A DNA stretch of 64,000 nt from Nitrospirota bacterium (GCA_016212185.1 JACRGX010000056.1:31240-95239); one strand, 5' to 3'. Positions 47,995-59,658 are shown, counted from the stretch's first letter. Notes: a model not told the origin generated them from the sequence alone. Program-made: numbers and translations.

Positions 47995-48984
47995 TTAGAA
48001 CTCCGCCTTAAGCGCCCTTGTCATAAGCAATCTTACCGCATCCCCGGGATTTTTACCCTGATAAATAACCTCATAAACCTGCTCAACTATCGGCATTTCT
48101 ACATTATGCTTTTTTGAAAGCTCATAGGCAGACTGTGCAGTCGCCACCCCCTCTGCAACGCTTTTTTTGGCTGAAAGAATGTCTTTGAGCTTTATTCCTT
48201 TGCCGAGATTTATGCCTACGGTATAATTCCTTGAAAGCGGTCCTGTGCAGGTAAGCACAAGGTCGCCAAGCCCGCTTAAGCCTGAAAAGGTCCTCGGGTC
48301 AGCACCCATCGTCTTCCCCAATCTCACAATCTCTGCAAGCCCTCTTGTTATAAGCGCTGCCCTTGCATCATGCCCAAGCCCAAGCCCGTCTGATATGCCT
48401 GACGCTATTGCGATGACGTTCTTGAGCGCGCCGCCAAGCTCAGCCCCAAGCACGTCAGTGTGAGTATAAACCCTGAAATAGTTCGTATTGAAAATTTCCT
48501 GAAGCCTTTGTCCTGTTTCAGGATTGTCTGTTGCAAGCGTAACAGCCGTAGGCAATTTTTTAATCACCTCTTTTGCAAAGCTCGGGCCGGAGAGCGCCGC
48601 CGCCTGCCTGCCTGTGATTTCCCTAATGATTGCCGATACCGTAAGCAGGGTCTTTTGTTCAATGCCCTTTGAGGCGCTGATGATTACGGCGCTTGGCGGA
48701 ATAAGATTTGCCGCTTTTTTAAATATGGCGCGCGTAAACTGCGCCGGCACAACGCTTAATATGCAGTCAGCATTTTTTACCGCATGTTCAATGTCGTCTG
48801 TTGCCTTTAAATTTGCCGGCAGGTACGCCTCAGGAATATATATGCTGTTTGTGTGTGCATTATTAATCTCAACAGCAGTCTCTTTCTCAAACGCCCAGAG
48901 CAGGACCTCATACCCTTTTCCGGCAAGCAGGCTTGCAAGGACCGTTCCCCAGCTTCCGGCGCCTATGACAGTAATGCGTTTCAT
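47995..48984 (-). CDS. gpsA: NAD(P)H-dependent glycerol-3-phosphate dehydrogenase
   Basis: [21 protein letters not shown]; start placed at MKRITV because it abuts the glnS stop (longest ORF extends to 49014). Confidence 0.9.
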   Translation of the reverse strand: MKRITVIGAGSWGTVLASLLAGKGYEVLLWAFEKETAVEINNAHTNSIYIPEAYLPANLKATDDIEHAVKNADCILSVVPAQFTRAIFKKAANLIPPSAVIISASKGIEQKTLLTVSAIIREITGRQAAALSGPSFAKEVIKKLPTAVTLATDNPETGQRLQEIFNTNYFRVYTHTDVLGAELGGALKNVIAIASGISDGLGLGHDARAALITRGLAEIVRLGKTMGADPRTFSGLSGLGDLVLTCTGPLSRNYTVGINLGKGIKLKDILSAKKSVAEGVATAQSAYELSKKHNVEMPIVEQVYEVIYQGKNPGDAVRLLMTRALKAEF

Positions 48985-50660
48985 TTCTTTTGTCCCTTTT
49001 CTATCTTCGCCCATTCATCTTTTAACGTAACCGTGCGGTTAAATACAAGCTTCCCTGCAGATGAATCAGGGTCCACGCAAAAATAACCCAATCGCTCAAA
49101 TTGAAACCTCTCGCATGCTTTTGCGCCAGCAAGCCCCGGCTCTGTCTTGCACAATGTCAATTTTTCAAGAGAGGCTGGATTTAAAGCAGCCTCCTCCGTG
49201 TCAGTCTTTAAAAAAAGCTGGTCGTACAACCTTACCTCCGCAGTGACCGCATGCGGGGCAGAGACCCAGTGCAGGGTTGCTTTGACCTTGCGCTTGTCAG
49301 GCGCATCTCCGCCGCGCGTCTCAGGGTCATATGTGCAGTGAATCTCAATCAGCTCTCCTGTTTGGGGGTCTTTGACAACACTATTGCATTTGATAAAATA
49401 CGCATACCTAAGCCTCACCTCGCGCCCGGGCGCAAGACGGAAAAACTGTTTGGGCGGATCCTCGCGGAAATCCTCCTGTTCAATGTACAGTGTTTTTGAA
49501 AAAGGAACCTTGCGCATTCCCTTTCCCGGGGCTTCGGGATTATTCACTGCGTCAAGCTCTTCACTCTGATTTTCCGGATAGTTTGTTATGATGACCTTAA
49601 GGGGACGGAGCACTGCCATGACGCGCGGCGTTTTCTTGTTTAAATCCTCGCGCACGCAGTATTCAAGCAATGCCGAGTCAACCACGCTGTCCCTTTTGGC
49701 AACACCAATGCGCTCGCAGAAATTTCTTACTGCCTCAGGCGTATAGCCGCGCCTTCTTATGCCTGCTATTGTAGGCATCCTCGGGTCGTCCCATCCCGCA
49801 ACCTGCTTCTCATTCACAAGCCCGATAAGCTTCCTCTTGCTGAGCACCGTGCGGCTCAAATTAAGACGCGCAAACTCTATCTGCTGAGGATGATAAATGT
49901 TCAGCTCATTTAAAAACCAGTCATAAAGCAGGCGGTGGTCTTCAAATTCAAGCGTGCAGATTGAATGTGTGATGCCTTCAATGGAATCCGATATGCAGTG
50001 CGCATAATCATACATCGGATAAATGCACCACTTGTTTCCTGTCCTGTGATGTTCAGCGCGAAGAATGCGGTACATGACCGGGTCGCGCATATTGATATTG
50101 CCCGATGTCATATCAATCATTGCCCTGAGCGTGCGTGAGCCGTCCGGGAATTCTCCCGCGCGCATGCGCTTAAATAAATCTAAGTTTTCCTCAACAGGGC
50201 GGCTGCGATACGGGCTTTCTTTGCCCGGCTCAGTCAACGTTCCGCGGTATTTTCTGATTTCATCAGCGCTCAAATCGCAGACATACGCCTTTCCTTTTTG
50301 AATCAACTGCACGGCATATTCATACATCCGCTCAAAATAATCTGATGCATAATAAAGCCTGTCCTGCCAGTCAAAGCCAAGCCACCTCACATCTTCTTTT
50401 ATTGATTCCACATACTCAACTTCTTCTTTTGACGGGTTTGTGTCATCAAAGCGCAGGTTGCAAAGCCCTTTAAATTCAGCGGCAGCGCCGAAATTAAGGC
50501 AGATGGATTTTGCGTGTCCTATGTGCAGATAGCCGTTTGGCTCCGGCGGAAAGCGGGTATGGACCCGGCTGTCGTTTTTGCCTGTCCGAAGGTCTTCCTT
50601 GATAATCTCCCGGATAAAATCAGCGCGGGAGGCATCGGTTGTGGATATATCTTTTTCCAT
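48981..50660 (-). CDS. glnS: glutaminyl-tRNA synthetase
   Basis: [21 protein letters not shown] motif, about 560 aa. Confidence 0.9.
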   Translation of the reverse strand: MEKDISTTDASRADFIREIIKEDLRTGKNDSRVHTRFPPEPNGYLHIGHAKSICLNFGAAAEFKGLCNLRFDDTNPSKEEVEYVESIKEDVRWLGFDWQDRLYYASDYFERMYEYAVQLIQKGKAYVCDLSADEIRKYRGTLTEPGKESPYRSRPVEENLDLFKRMRAGEFPDGSRTLRAMIDMTSGNINMRDPVMYRILRAEHHRTGNKWCIYPMYDYAHCISDSIEGITHSICTLEFEDHRLLYDWFLNELNIYHPQQIEFARLNLSRTVLSKRKLIGLVNEKQVAGWDDPRMPTIAGIRRRGYTPEAVRNFCERIGVAKRDSVVDSALLEYCVREDLNKKTPRVMAVLRPLKVIITNYPENQSEELDAVNNPEAPGKGMRKVPFSKTLYIEQEDFREDPPKQFFRLAPGREVRLRYAYFIKCNSVVKDPQTGELIEIHCTYDPETRGGDAPDKRKVKATLHWVSAPHAVTAEVRLYDQLFLKTDTEEAALNPASLEKLTLCKTEPGLAGAKACERFQFERLGYFCVDPDSSAGKLVFNRTVTLKDEWAKIEKGQKK

Positions 50661-50730
50661 AAATTATATCTCTTATGCGGGTTTGATGGGATATTTTAAC
50701 ACATTAAGTAGTTTTATCAGAGGGCGTTTT

Positions 50731-52164
50731 CTATCCTATCGTCTTTATCGCCTTGTCCAGTCTCTTCAGCGCTTTTTCCTTGCCCAGCACTTCAAGCACT
50801 TCAAATATCCCCGGGCTTTCCGTGCCGCCGGTCATGGCAACGCGCACAGGCTGTGCAAGGTCTTTAAGCTTGACCCCGTGCTTTTCTGTAACCGCCTTAA
50901 ATGCCCCTTCAAGCTCCTGATGGGAGAATCCTGTAAGGGATATCAGGCTGCTTTTCAGCTCTGATAATAATTCCCTGCTTTTTTCATTTAGAAATTTCTC
51001 TTTTGCTTTTTCGTTGTATTCAACCTCTTCGGCAATATAGTATCTGAGTGAGTTTGCAAGCTCCACCAGCGTCTTTGAACGTTCTTTAAGGGTATTATTT
51101 GCCTTTGACAGCCATTCTTTATTTAATTCCTGCCCCTCGCTGATTATTTTGTCTTTAATAAGAAACAGCAGGACCAGTTCTGCAAGTTTTTCAGCCGGCG
51201 TATTGATAATGTACTGGCCGTTAAGCCAGAGGAGTTTTTCAGGATTAAACACTGCCGCCGCCTTGCCGACATGTTCAAAAGAAAATTTTTCTATCAACTC
51301 TTTGCGGGAAAATATTTCCTGGTCCCCGAAAGACCATCCGAGCCTTACGAGATAGTTAACAAGTGCGTCCGGCAGAAAGCCCATTTCCTGATATGCCATG
51401 ACAGCGGTTGCACCGTGTCTTTTTGAAAGCCGCGTCTTGTCAGCGCCTAAAATCATGGGCAGATGCGCAAATTTAGGAATTTCATAACCGAGCGCCTTGT
51501 AAATGTGTATTTGTTTGGGGGTATTGTTAAGGTGGTCGTCCCCGCGGATGACGTGGGTGATATTCATATCTACATCATCAACAACAACCGTAAAATTGTA
51601 TGTAGGCGTTCCGTCAGAGCGGAGGATAATCAGGTCGTCAAGCTGTGAATTATCAAATATAACCGCCCCTCTTATCAGGTCGTCAACAATAGTCTGCCCG
51701 TCTGCCGGCATTTTAAACCTCACTGCAGCGCCTTGTTCTTGACCCCTTGAATCCTTGACCCCTTGAACCCTTTCTGTCGCTCTGCACCTTCCGTCATATT
51801 TTTGAGGCAGACCTTTTGCCGCCGCCTCTTTGCGCCTTGCCTCAAGCTCTTCAGGGGTGCAGAAGCAATAATACGCCTTGCCCTCTTTCAACAGCTTATC
51901 AACATATCCCCTGTAAACATCAAACCGGTCCGTCTGCCTGAACGGTCCCTCGTCCCATTCAAGCCCAAGCCATTTCATCCCTTCAATTATTGCCTCAATG
52001 TATTCGTCTGTTGAGCGGCTCCTGTCCGTGTCCTCAATTCTTAAAATGAACGCGCCGCCCTGGTGTCTTGCAAGGAGATAGTTGAAAAGCGCTGTTCTTG
52101 CGCCTCCTATGTGAAGGTGCCCGGTCGGGCTTGGTGCAAATCTTACGCGTATTTTATCAGGCAA
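50731..52164 (-). CDS. gltX: glutamyl-tRNA synthetase
   Basis: RFAPSPTGHLHIGGARTALFN; proposed TTG start at 52162-52164 preceded by AAAGGAG RBS (track ORF extends to GTG at 52209). Carries an in-frame repeat-derived insertion. Confidence 0.9.
   Translation of the reverse strand: MPDKIRVRFAPSPTGHLHIGGARTALFNYLLARHQGGAFILRIEDTDRSRSTDEYIEAIIEGMKWLGLEWDEGPFRQTDRFDVYRGYVDKLLKEGKAYYCFCTPEELEARRKEAAAKGLPQKYDGRCRATERVQGVKDSRGQEQGAAVRFKMPADGQTIVDDLIRGAVIFDNSQLDDLIILRSDGTPTYNFTVVVDDVDMNITHVIRGDDHLNNTPKQIHIYKALGYEIPKFAHLPMILGADKTRLSKRHGATAVMAYQEMGFLPDALVNYLVRLGWSFGDQEIFSRKELIEKFSFEHVGKAAAVFNPEKLLWLNGQYIINTPAEKLAELVLLFLIKDKIISEGQELNKEWLSKANNTLKERSKTLVELANSLRYYIAEEVEYNEKAKEKFLNEKSRELLSELKSSLISLTGFSHQELEGAFKAVTEKHGVKLKDLAQPVRVAMTGGTESPGIFEVLEVLGKEKALKRLDKAIKTIG
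51738..51770. repeat. CTTGACCCCTTGAATCCTTGACCCCTTGAACCC repeat inside gltX CDS
   Basis: 27-nt stretch identical (reverse complement) to 56770-56796; encodes VQGVKDSRGQEQG loop. Confidence 0.8.
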
Positions 52165-52195
52165 AATAAAACTCCTTTGAATCCAATTGGCTGGT

Positions 52196-52363
52196 TTACA
52201 GTCTGTCACAGCGGTGGTTTGTTAATTTATCCCATGTGTGTTCGTCTATTTCAGAGATATAGTCCTGTATAGAAAATTCTTTACCGCACCCCGTGCAGTA
52301 TAAGCGGACATGGCTTCAACTGAAAATTACTCTTAGCTCCCCTTCACATTTTTTGCATTTCAT
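52196..52363 (-). CDS. C4 zinc-ribbon small protein with in-frame TGA (selenoprotein candidate, recoded gene or pseudogene)
   Basis: MKCKKCEGELRVIFS-[TGA]-SHVRLYCTGCGKEFSIQDYISEIDEHTWDKLTNHRCDRL*; CxxC-N20-CxxC needs read-through of the TGA at 52316-52318; stem-loop (ACUGCAC-GGG-GUGCGGU) begins about 17 nt after UGA. Confidence 0.35.
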
Positions 52364-52423
52364 TATTGCCCTTTCTCTGTAGTGGAATCAATTTAATTCT
52401 TTATAATATCATATTTTAATTTC

Positions 52424-53524
52424 TTAAGCCTCTTTTATCCTCCCCTTGTTTATCAACATCCTTTTTTTGCCGTTTTTATAAATCATCCATACGGTCGGTT
52501 TGAAAAATATATAGTCCTGATGAAACGGCGTGCTTACCTTGCCTCCGAAGGAGCTGTTGTCGCCAAAGGCGATGTGGATTGTGCCGAGGATTTTTTCGGT
52601 CTCAAGGATGCTGTCAGGTCTTGATGCCTTATCATTAGTTCCAATGCCGAGCTCTGCAATATTTGCATTCTCCGGTCTTTCTGAAAACTTTTTTCTTAAA
52701 AAACCCGCGTATTCTTCTTTCCCTTTTACATCAACGGCTATTCCGTTTTTAACGGTAATTGTTATCGCTGATTTTAATTTTTGTGTCGGCGCCCACTCTA
52801 AAATTAATTTTCCGTTAGCCGTGCCTTCAACTGGCGCAAAATAGACCTCTCCTGCAGGCAGGTTGCTGTAAGCGCCTTTTTGTGTGATAATCCCTGTATC
52901 TGCTTTTGCCTTACGCCCCCTTTTTGAAAATGAAATGTGCGTGCCGTTTGGCGTTCTTATCTTCACCCTGTCTGCTTTATTTATGGTTTGCGCTATTTTT
53001 TCAGTCCTTTCTGCCATTTTCCCCCAGTCAACGTTCATTGCGCCTTTGAGCATTCTCTTTTCAAAAAGCGGCATGCTTGCATAGCGTGCCTTGCATATTT
53101 CCGTAAGAAATCTGCGGAAATTTGTGTGCGTTGTTGAATAGTGTGACAATGCAACTACAATATTGACTGAATCTTTTTTAAATTTTTTTATTATCTTTTC
53201 TGCCTCTTTAAGACTGGCTTTATTTATTTTTTTATCACGCAGGGGCTTAAAAATCTTTTTAGCCTTTAATTCTTTTACTACATTCCTACTAAATGCCTTT
53301 AGCCATAAAGCCTCTGGAGGCTCTGCCCCGTGACTGCCTGTAACCTGATATTTCAGAAAAGCAACTCTCTTTGTAAAATTTTTTCCCTCTTTTGTAATTA
53401 ATTTTGCCGTTTTGGTCAACTCATTACTGTATCTATCCGTAAATACAATAACGCTTTCGCTCTTTTTAATCTTGAAATTTACCTTGTAGATATTTGTTAT
53501 TGTATTTTGAATAACATTTTTCAC
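52424..53524 (-). CDS. aminopeptidase (M29/AmpS-like) family protein
   Basis: C-terminal IAELGIGTNDKA...ILETEKILGTIHIAFGDN resembles M29 family blocks (from memory). Confidence 0.45.
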   Translation of the reverse strand: MKNVIQNTITNIYKVNFKIKKSESVIVFTDRYSNELTKTAKLITKEGKNFTKRVAFLKYQVTGSHGAEPPEALWLKAFSRNVVKELKAKKIFKPLRDKKINKASLKEAEKIIKKFKKDSVNIVVALSHYSTTHTNFRRFLTEICKARYASMPLFEKRMLKGAMNVDWGKMAERTEKIAQTINKADRVKIRTPNGTHISFSKRGRKAKADTGIITQKGAYSNLPAGEVYFAPVEGTANGKLILEWAPTQKLKSAITITVKNGIAVDVKGKEEYAGFLRKKFSERPENANIAELGIGTNDKASRPDSILETEKILGTIHIAFGDNSSFGGKVSTPFHQDYIFFKPTVWMIYKNGKKRMLINKGRIKEA

Positions 53525-53544
53525 ATTAAGCTCCGTATTTTACT

Positions 53545-53604
53545 TGTCATTCCCGCAAGCCCCGAACAAGTTCTAACAAACCGGAATAACTGCGGGGTAT
53601 TTCA
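53545..53604. repeat. truncated MITE/REP-like element (first 29 nt identical to copy at 59721)
   Basis: cttgtcattcccgcaagccccgaacaagt shared exactly. Confidence 0.55.
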
Positions 53605-53922
53605 TTATAATTTATTGTCAAGTCTTTATTCTTTTTTATCTTTATTCTTTAATAATCCTTTTAGAAGTAGTAGTAATAATGTAGGTAGATTTGTGAATTA
53701 AACAGAAACAGCATGATAATTAATTAAAATTAATGTTAAAAACTTCACCGAAAACCATAGAATGTTTTCTTGACAAACAGCAGTTGAAATGATACGCTTT
53801 TAAGTCGGTTATATTTATTTTTAATTAATGAGTAGGTTATAATTCTTTATCCACCAAAAATCCACAGGTATTAACAAATTGCTAAGGAAATAGATAGAAA
53901 AAAGGAAAGTAAAGGTATTAGA

Positions 53923-55005
53923 ATGTCACGCAGATATAATTTTAGCGCAGGACCGGCAATGCTTCCCAAGGAAGTGCTTGAGAAAGCTGCTTCAGAAATG
54001 ATTGACTGGCGCGGCAGCGGTATGTCAATTATGGAAATGAGCCACCGCGACAAGGAATTTATTGCAGTTGCAGAAAAAGCCGAAGCAGACCTGAAAGAGC
54101 TTTTGGCAATACCGCAGAATTATAAGGTTTTGTTTCTTCAGGGCGGGGCTTCGTCTCAGTTTGCCATGGTGCCGATGAACCTTTTAAGAGGCCGGAAGAC
54201 CGCTGATTATATTAATACGGGGCAGTGGTCAAAAAAGGCAATATCAGAGGCAAAGCGTTACTGTAGTGTAAATATTGCCGCGACAAGCGAGCCGACGAAA
54301 TTTACAACAATACCTGAGCCCGCAGAATGGTCCCTGAATCCTGAGGCAGCTTATGTGCACTACACGCCTAATGAAACAATAGGTGGGGTTGAATTTCCGT
54401 ATATTCCTGAAACAGGCAGCGTACCGCTAATTGCCGATATGTCTTCAACAATACTTTCACGGCCGCTAAATGTTTCAAAATTCGGAGTTATTTATGCCGG
54501 TGCGCAGAAAAACATAGGACCTGCAGGGCTGACAATTGTAATTATACGCGAAGATCTAATAGGCGGAGAACTGCCTAGCACCCCGACAATGTTCAGCTAT
54601 AAAATTCATGCCGAAAACAACTCTATGTACAACACCCCGCCCACGTACGGCTGGTATATTGCAGGGCTTGTATTTGAATGGATTAAGCAAAAAGGCGGAC
54701 TAAAGGCAATGGCAGAGATTAACAGGCGCAAGGCGGGGAAGCTCTATAATTTTATAGACAATTCCGCTTTTTATAAAAACCCGGTAAGCATTTCCTGCCG
54801 CTCTTGGATGAATGTGCCGTTTACGCTTGTCAAACAGGAGCTTGACAAGAAATTTCTTGAAGAGGCAGGCAAAGCCGGGCTTGTTGCGCTTAAGGGACAC
54901 CGCTCTGTCGGAGGCCTGAGGGCGAGTATTTACAATGCCATGCCGGAGCAAGGCATTGATGCGCTTATTGAATTTATGGCGGACTTTAAAAAGAGCAATG
55001 CTTAA
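53923..55005 (+). CDS. serC: phosphoserine aminotransferase
   Basis: NFSAGPAMLP N-terminus, 360 aa class-V aminotransferase. Confidence 0.9.
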   Translation: MSRRYNFSAGPAMLPKEVLEKAASEMIDWRGSGMSIMEMSHRDKEFIAVAEKAEADLKELLAIPQNYKVLFLQGGASSQFAMVPMNLLRGRKTADYINTGQWSKKAISEAKRYCSVNIAATSEPTKFTTIPEPAEWSLNPEAAYVHYTPNETIGGVEFPYIPETGSVPLIADMSSTILSRPLNVSKFGVIYAGAQKNIGPAGLTIVIIREDLIGGELPSTPTMFSYKIHAENNSMYNTPPTYGWYIAGLVFEWIKQKGGLKAMAEINRRKAGKLYNFIDNSAFYKNPVSISCRSWMNVPFTLVKQELDKKFLEEAGKAGLVALKGHRSVGGLRASIYNAMPEQGIDALIEFMADFKKSNA

Positions 55006-55041
55006 AATAAAAAAAGGGAGAAGCTTATATGGAGTATTTTT

Positions 55042-55130
55042 TGTCATTCCCGTGCAAACCTGCCTACCGGCAGGCAGATGGGAAGCCAGAGGATTGTTTT
55101 TACTGGATTCCTGCTTTCGCAGGAATTACA
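55042..55130. repeat. MITE/REP-like element between serC and serA
   Basis: tgtcattcccgtgcaaacctgcctaccggcaggcag ... ctggattcctgctttcgcaggaattaca. Confidence 0.55.
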
Positions 55131-55176
55131 GCTTGTTTCCGAAACGTTATATAATATTTGAACAGAAAGAGAAACT

Positions 55177-56766
55177 ATGAAAGTTCTTGTAAGCGACAGC
55201 ATATCTGAGAAAGGCGTTAATATTCTAAAAAAAGCCGGGTTTGATGTAACCGTAAAGACAGGGCTTAAGCCCGAGGAGCTTAAGGCGGAGATCGGCACAT
55301 ACGACGCCCTTATCGTAAGAAGCGCCACAAAGGTGACGGCAGACATCATAAGCGCCGCCAAAAACCTGAAGGTTATAGGACGCGCAGGCTCGGGGCTTGA
55401 CAATGTTGATAAAAACGCCGCCACCAAGCAGGGCATTGTGGTGATGAACACGCCCGGCGGCAATACAATTACCACAGCCGAGCACACAATGGCGCTGCTT
55501 TTTTCCATGGCGAGGCTCATACCGCAGGCAACGGCCTCCATGAAAAGCGGCAAGTGGGAAAAGAAAAAATTTATGGGTATTGAGCTTTACAATAAGACGC
55601 TTGGAATAATAGGTTTTGGCAATATCGGCGCCCATGTGGCGCGTATGGCTCACGGCATAGGGATGAATGTAATTACCTTTGACCCGTTTTTGAATGAGGA
55701 AAAGGCAAAAACGCTGGGCGTTAAGGTCGTGGAGCTTGACGAATTAATACAAAAATCGGATTTTATAACCATACACACACCGCTTACAAACGAAACAAAA
55801 TATCTTATCAATGCGGAAAAAATTGCCATGATGAAAGATGGCGTGAGGATTATTAATGCCGCAAGAGGCGGAATTGTTGATGAAAAGGCGCTTTACAATG
55901 CGCTGAAGTCAGGCAAGGTAGGCGGCGCTGCGCTGGATGTCTTTGAAAAGGAGCCGTCTGACACCGTGTCCTGTCCGCTGCTTGAGAGTGATAACATTAT
56001 CTGCACCCCGCATCTCGGCGCAGCCACAGAAGAGGCGCAGGAAAATGTTGCAATTGCCATTGCAGAGCAGATAGTAGAATACCTTGTCTCAGGGACCATC
56101 AGAAATGCGGTCAACTTCCCCTCGGTGCCTTCAGATGCCCTGCCGAGACTTCAGCCTTACATAAATCTTGCGGAAAGGCTCGGCAGTTTCCTCTCACAGG
56201 GTATAAACGGCGGCATTAATGAGGTCACAATAGAGTTTATGGGCGAGGTGACGAAGCTTACGCTTGCGCCAATAACAATTGCCGTGTTAAAGGGGATTCT
56301 GACGCCCATACTTGAGGAAACGGTCAATTTTGTAAATGCGCCCTTAATTGCAAAGGAACGCGGCATTGCCGTCAGAGAAATTACTACAACCGAGGCCGGT
56401 GATTATCACAGCATGCTTAAGGTCAGGGTAAAGGTTGATTCAAAGGAACACATTGTCGCAGGCGTGCTTTACGGCAAGAAAGAACCGCGCATCATAACAA
56501 TAAATGATTTTGCCATAGAAGTAGTCCCCGAGGGGGCGATGCTGGTGCTGTCAAATGTTGACAAGCCCGGCGTAATTGGGAACGTAGGCACACTGCTTGG
56601 CAAAAACAATATCAATATCGCACGGATGCAGTTTGGGAGGGAGCAGTTAGGCGGCAGGGCCATATCTGTTGTCAGCATAGATACGCCTGCGTCAAAAGAA
56701 ATACTTGCAGAGATAAAAAAACTTCCCAATGTCCTTTCCGTAAAACAGATTTATCTGCCGGTATAA
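55177..56766 (+). CDS. serA: D-3-phosphoglycerate dehydrogenase (with ASB and ACT domains)
   Basis: 529 aa; GIIGFGNIGAHVARMA NAD-binding; C-terminal ACT. Confidence 0.9.
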   Translation: MKVLVSDSISEKGVNILKKAGFDVTVKTGLKPEELKAEIGTYDALIVRSATKVTADIISAAKNLKVIGRAGSGLDNVDKNAATKQGIVVMNTPGGNTITTAEHTMALLFSMARLIPQATASMKSGKWEKKKFMGIELYNKTLGIIGFGNIGAHVARMAHGIGMNVITFDPFLNEEKAKTLGVKVVELDELIQKSDFITIHTPLTNETKYLINAEKIAMMKDGVRIINAARGGIVDEKALYNALKSGKVGGAALDVFEKEPSDTVSCPLLESDNIICTPHLGAATEEAQENVAIAIAEQIVEYLVSGTIRNAVNFPSVPSDALPRLQPYINLAERLGSFLSQGINGGINEVTIEFMGEVTKLTLAPITIAVLKGILTPILEETVNFVNAPLIAKERGIAVREITTTEAGDYHSMLKVRVKVDSKEHIVAGVLYGKKEPRIITINDFAIEVVPEGAMLVLSNVDKPGVIGNVGTLLGKNNINIARMQFGREQLGGRAISVVSIDTPASKEILAEIKKLPNVLSVKQIYLPV

Positions 56767-56769
56767 AAT

Positions 56770-56844
56770 AAGGGGTCAAGGATTCAAGGGGTCAAGTTTA
56801 CGACAATTCACTTGAACCCTTGACCGCAGGAATCCTTGAACCCT
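56770..56844. repeat. inverted-repeat hairpin built from GGGTCAAGG-type units in serA-purA spacer
   Basis: aaggggtcaaggattcaaggggtcaag [loop] cttgaacccttgaccgcaggaatccttgaaccc; left arm identical to gltX internal repeat. Confidence 0.75.
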
Positions 56845-56864
56845 GTCTTTAAGGAGTTAACTAA

Positions 56865-58208
<1,344 letters not shown>

Positions 58209-58215
58209 TTTAAGT

Positions 58216-58977
58216 ATGAAAACGATACAGAAGCACAAAAGGCTTTTATTTCTATTTCTTGCAGTTTCTATCCTCCTTTCTGCCTGCGGCGGCAAAAAAG
58301 AAGTAGCGCCTGTCTTTAATCCGGATGCGTCTTTTAAGCAGGCGGCGGAAAAGGCAAAGGAAGGCTATTATGAAGAAGCCAGAAAAATACTTGAAGAGGT
58401 AAAGGCACAGGATGCGTCAGGCAAATATTCTCCGCTGGCACAGATACGCATCGGAGATATGTATTTTGAGGAAGGCTCTTATGAGGAGGCGGCCGCCGAA
58501 TACGAGCGATTTCTTGACATCCATTCTTATCACAGATATGCCTATTACGCTCAGTATCAGCTGGCCATGTGTTATTACAGGAGAATTGATACTATTGACG
58601 TAAGTTATGGATGGGCGCGGCAAGCCTTAACGGAATTTGAAAAACTTCAGACGACATATCCGCGCAATCCTTATATGAATGTTACTGAAAGCAGGATAAA
58701 GGAGTGCAGGAATATCCTTGCAGGGTTTGAATTTTATGTCGGAGAGTTTTATTTTAAGAAGGAGTCCTTTAATGCGGCTGTACTGCGGTTTAATCAGGTG
58801 CTTCAGAAATATCCCGATTCAAAAAAAGAAAGCGATGCGCTTTATTATCTGGCGCTGTCTTACAAAAACCTTGGGGATAAAGACAAAGCCATAGAGGCGC
58901 TTAACATGCTTCTTGATAAGCATCCGACAACAAGGCAGGCTGATGCAGCGAAAAAACTGATGACAACTTTAAAATGA
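58216..58977 (+). CDS. bamD: outer membrane assembly lipoprotein BamD-like (TPR lipoprotein)
   Basis: Lipobox LSACGG; TPR repeats; C-terminal YPDSKKESDALYYLALSYKNL parallels E. coli BamD. Confidence 0.65.
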   Translation: MKTIQKHKRLLFLFLAVSILLSACGGKKEVAPVFNPDASFKQAAEKAKEGYYEEARKILEEVKAQDASGKYSPLAQIRIGDMYFEEGSYEEAAAEYERFLDIHSYHRYAYYAQYQLAMCYYRRIDTIDVSYGWARQALTEFEKLQTTYPRNPYMNVTESRIKECRNILAGFEFYVGEFYFKKESFNAAVLRFNQVLQKYPDSKKESDALYYLALSYKNLGDKDKAIEALNMLLDKHPTTRQADAAKKLMTTLK

Positions 58978-59034
58978 GGATGAAGGCAGTTTTATTTTCT
59001 CTTCATCCTTCAGAATTCAACCTTCAACCTTTCA

Positions 59035-59658
59035 ATGAACTACTATCCGGTATATTTAAATCTTAGAGGTAAAAAAGCGGTTGTTGCCGGCGGCGGCAAT
59101 GTTGCGGAAAGAAAAGCGCTGGCCCTGCTGAAGGCAGGCGCCGCTGTTGCGGTTGTCAGCCCAGAGCTTACGGAACGGCTGGGATATCTGAAAAAAAAGG
59201 GCAAAATAACTCATATCAGAAGACAGTATAAAAAAGGCGACCTCAGGAATGCATTTATCGTTGTCGCCTGCACTTCTTCGGAAAAGACCAATACAGAAAT
59301 TGCCCGCAATGCAAAGTGCCTTGTAAATGTCGTTGGTACGCCTTCAGAGGGGAACTTTATTGTCCCCTCTACGGTAAAAAGAGGACATTTGACTATTGCC
59401 GTTTCAACGGGAGGCGTAAGCCCGGCGGTTTCAAAGGCCATCAGGAAAGAGCTTGAAAAGCTTTACGGCAGGGAGTTTGCGCATTATCTCAGGGCGCTTG
59501 TACAGATGCGCAGGAAGGCAATTAAGAAAATAAAAGACATCAAAAAAAGAAGAAAGAAATTTAAAGACCTTGCCTCAGAGGAAATGTTTAATATTCTCAG
59601 GAGCAAGGGCTTTAAAGCCGCCAGTGAGAAAGTAAGACAGTTATTTGATAGGGGATAA
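59035..59658 (+). CDS. precorrin-2 dehydrogenase / sirohydrochlorin ferrochelatase (CysG N-terminal / SirC-Met8 type)
   Basis: YPVYLNLRGKKAVVAGGGNVAERK signature. Confidence 0.8.
   Translation: MNYYPVYLNLRGKKAVVAGGGNVAERKALALLKAGAAVAVVSPELTERLGYLKKKGKITHIRRQYKKGDLRNAFIVVACTSSEKTNTEIARNAKCLVNVVGTPSEGNFIVPSTVKRGHLTIAVSTGGVSPAVSKAIRKELEKLYGREFAHYLRALVQMRRKAIKKIKDIKKRRKKFKDLASEEMFNILRSKGFKAASEKVRQLFDRG

Noticed and set aside
48524-49030. 168-aa plus-strand ORF
   Set aside because: Antisense inside gpsA, which has unambiguous motifs on the minus strand.
58976-59012. Hairpin GGATGAAG-loop-CTTCATCC after bamD as terminator
   Set aside because: 15-nt loop, no downstream U-tract, and sirC starts 22 nt later; more likely co-transcribed.
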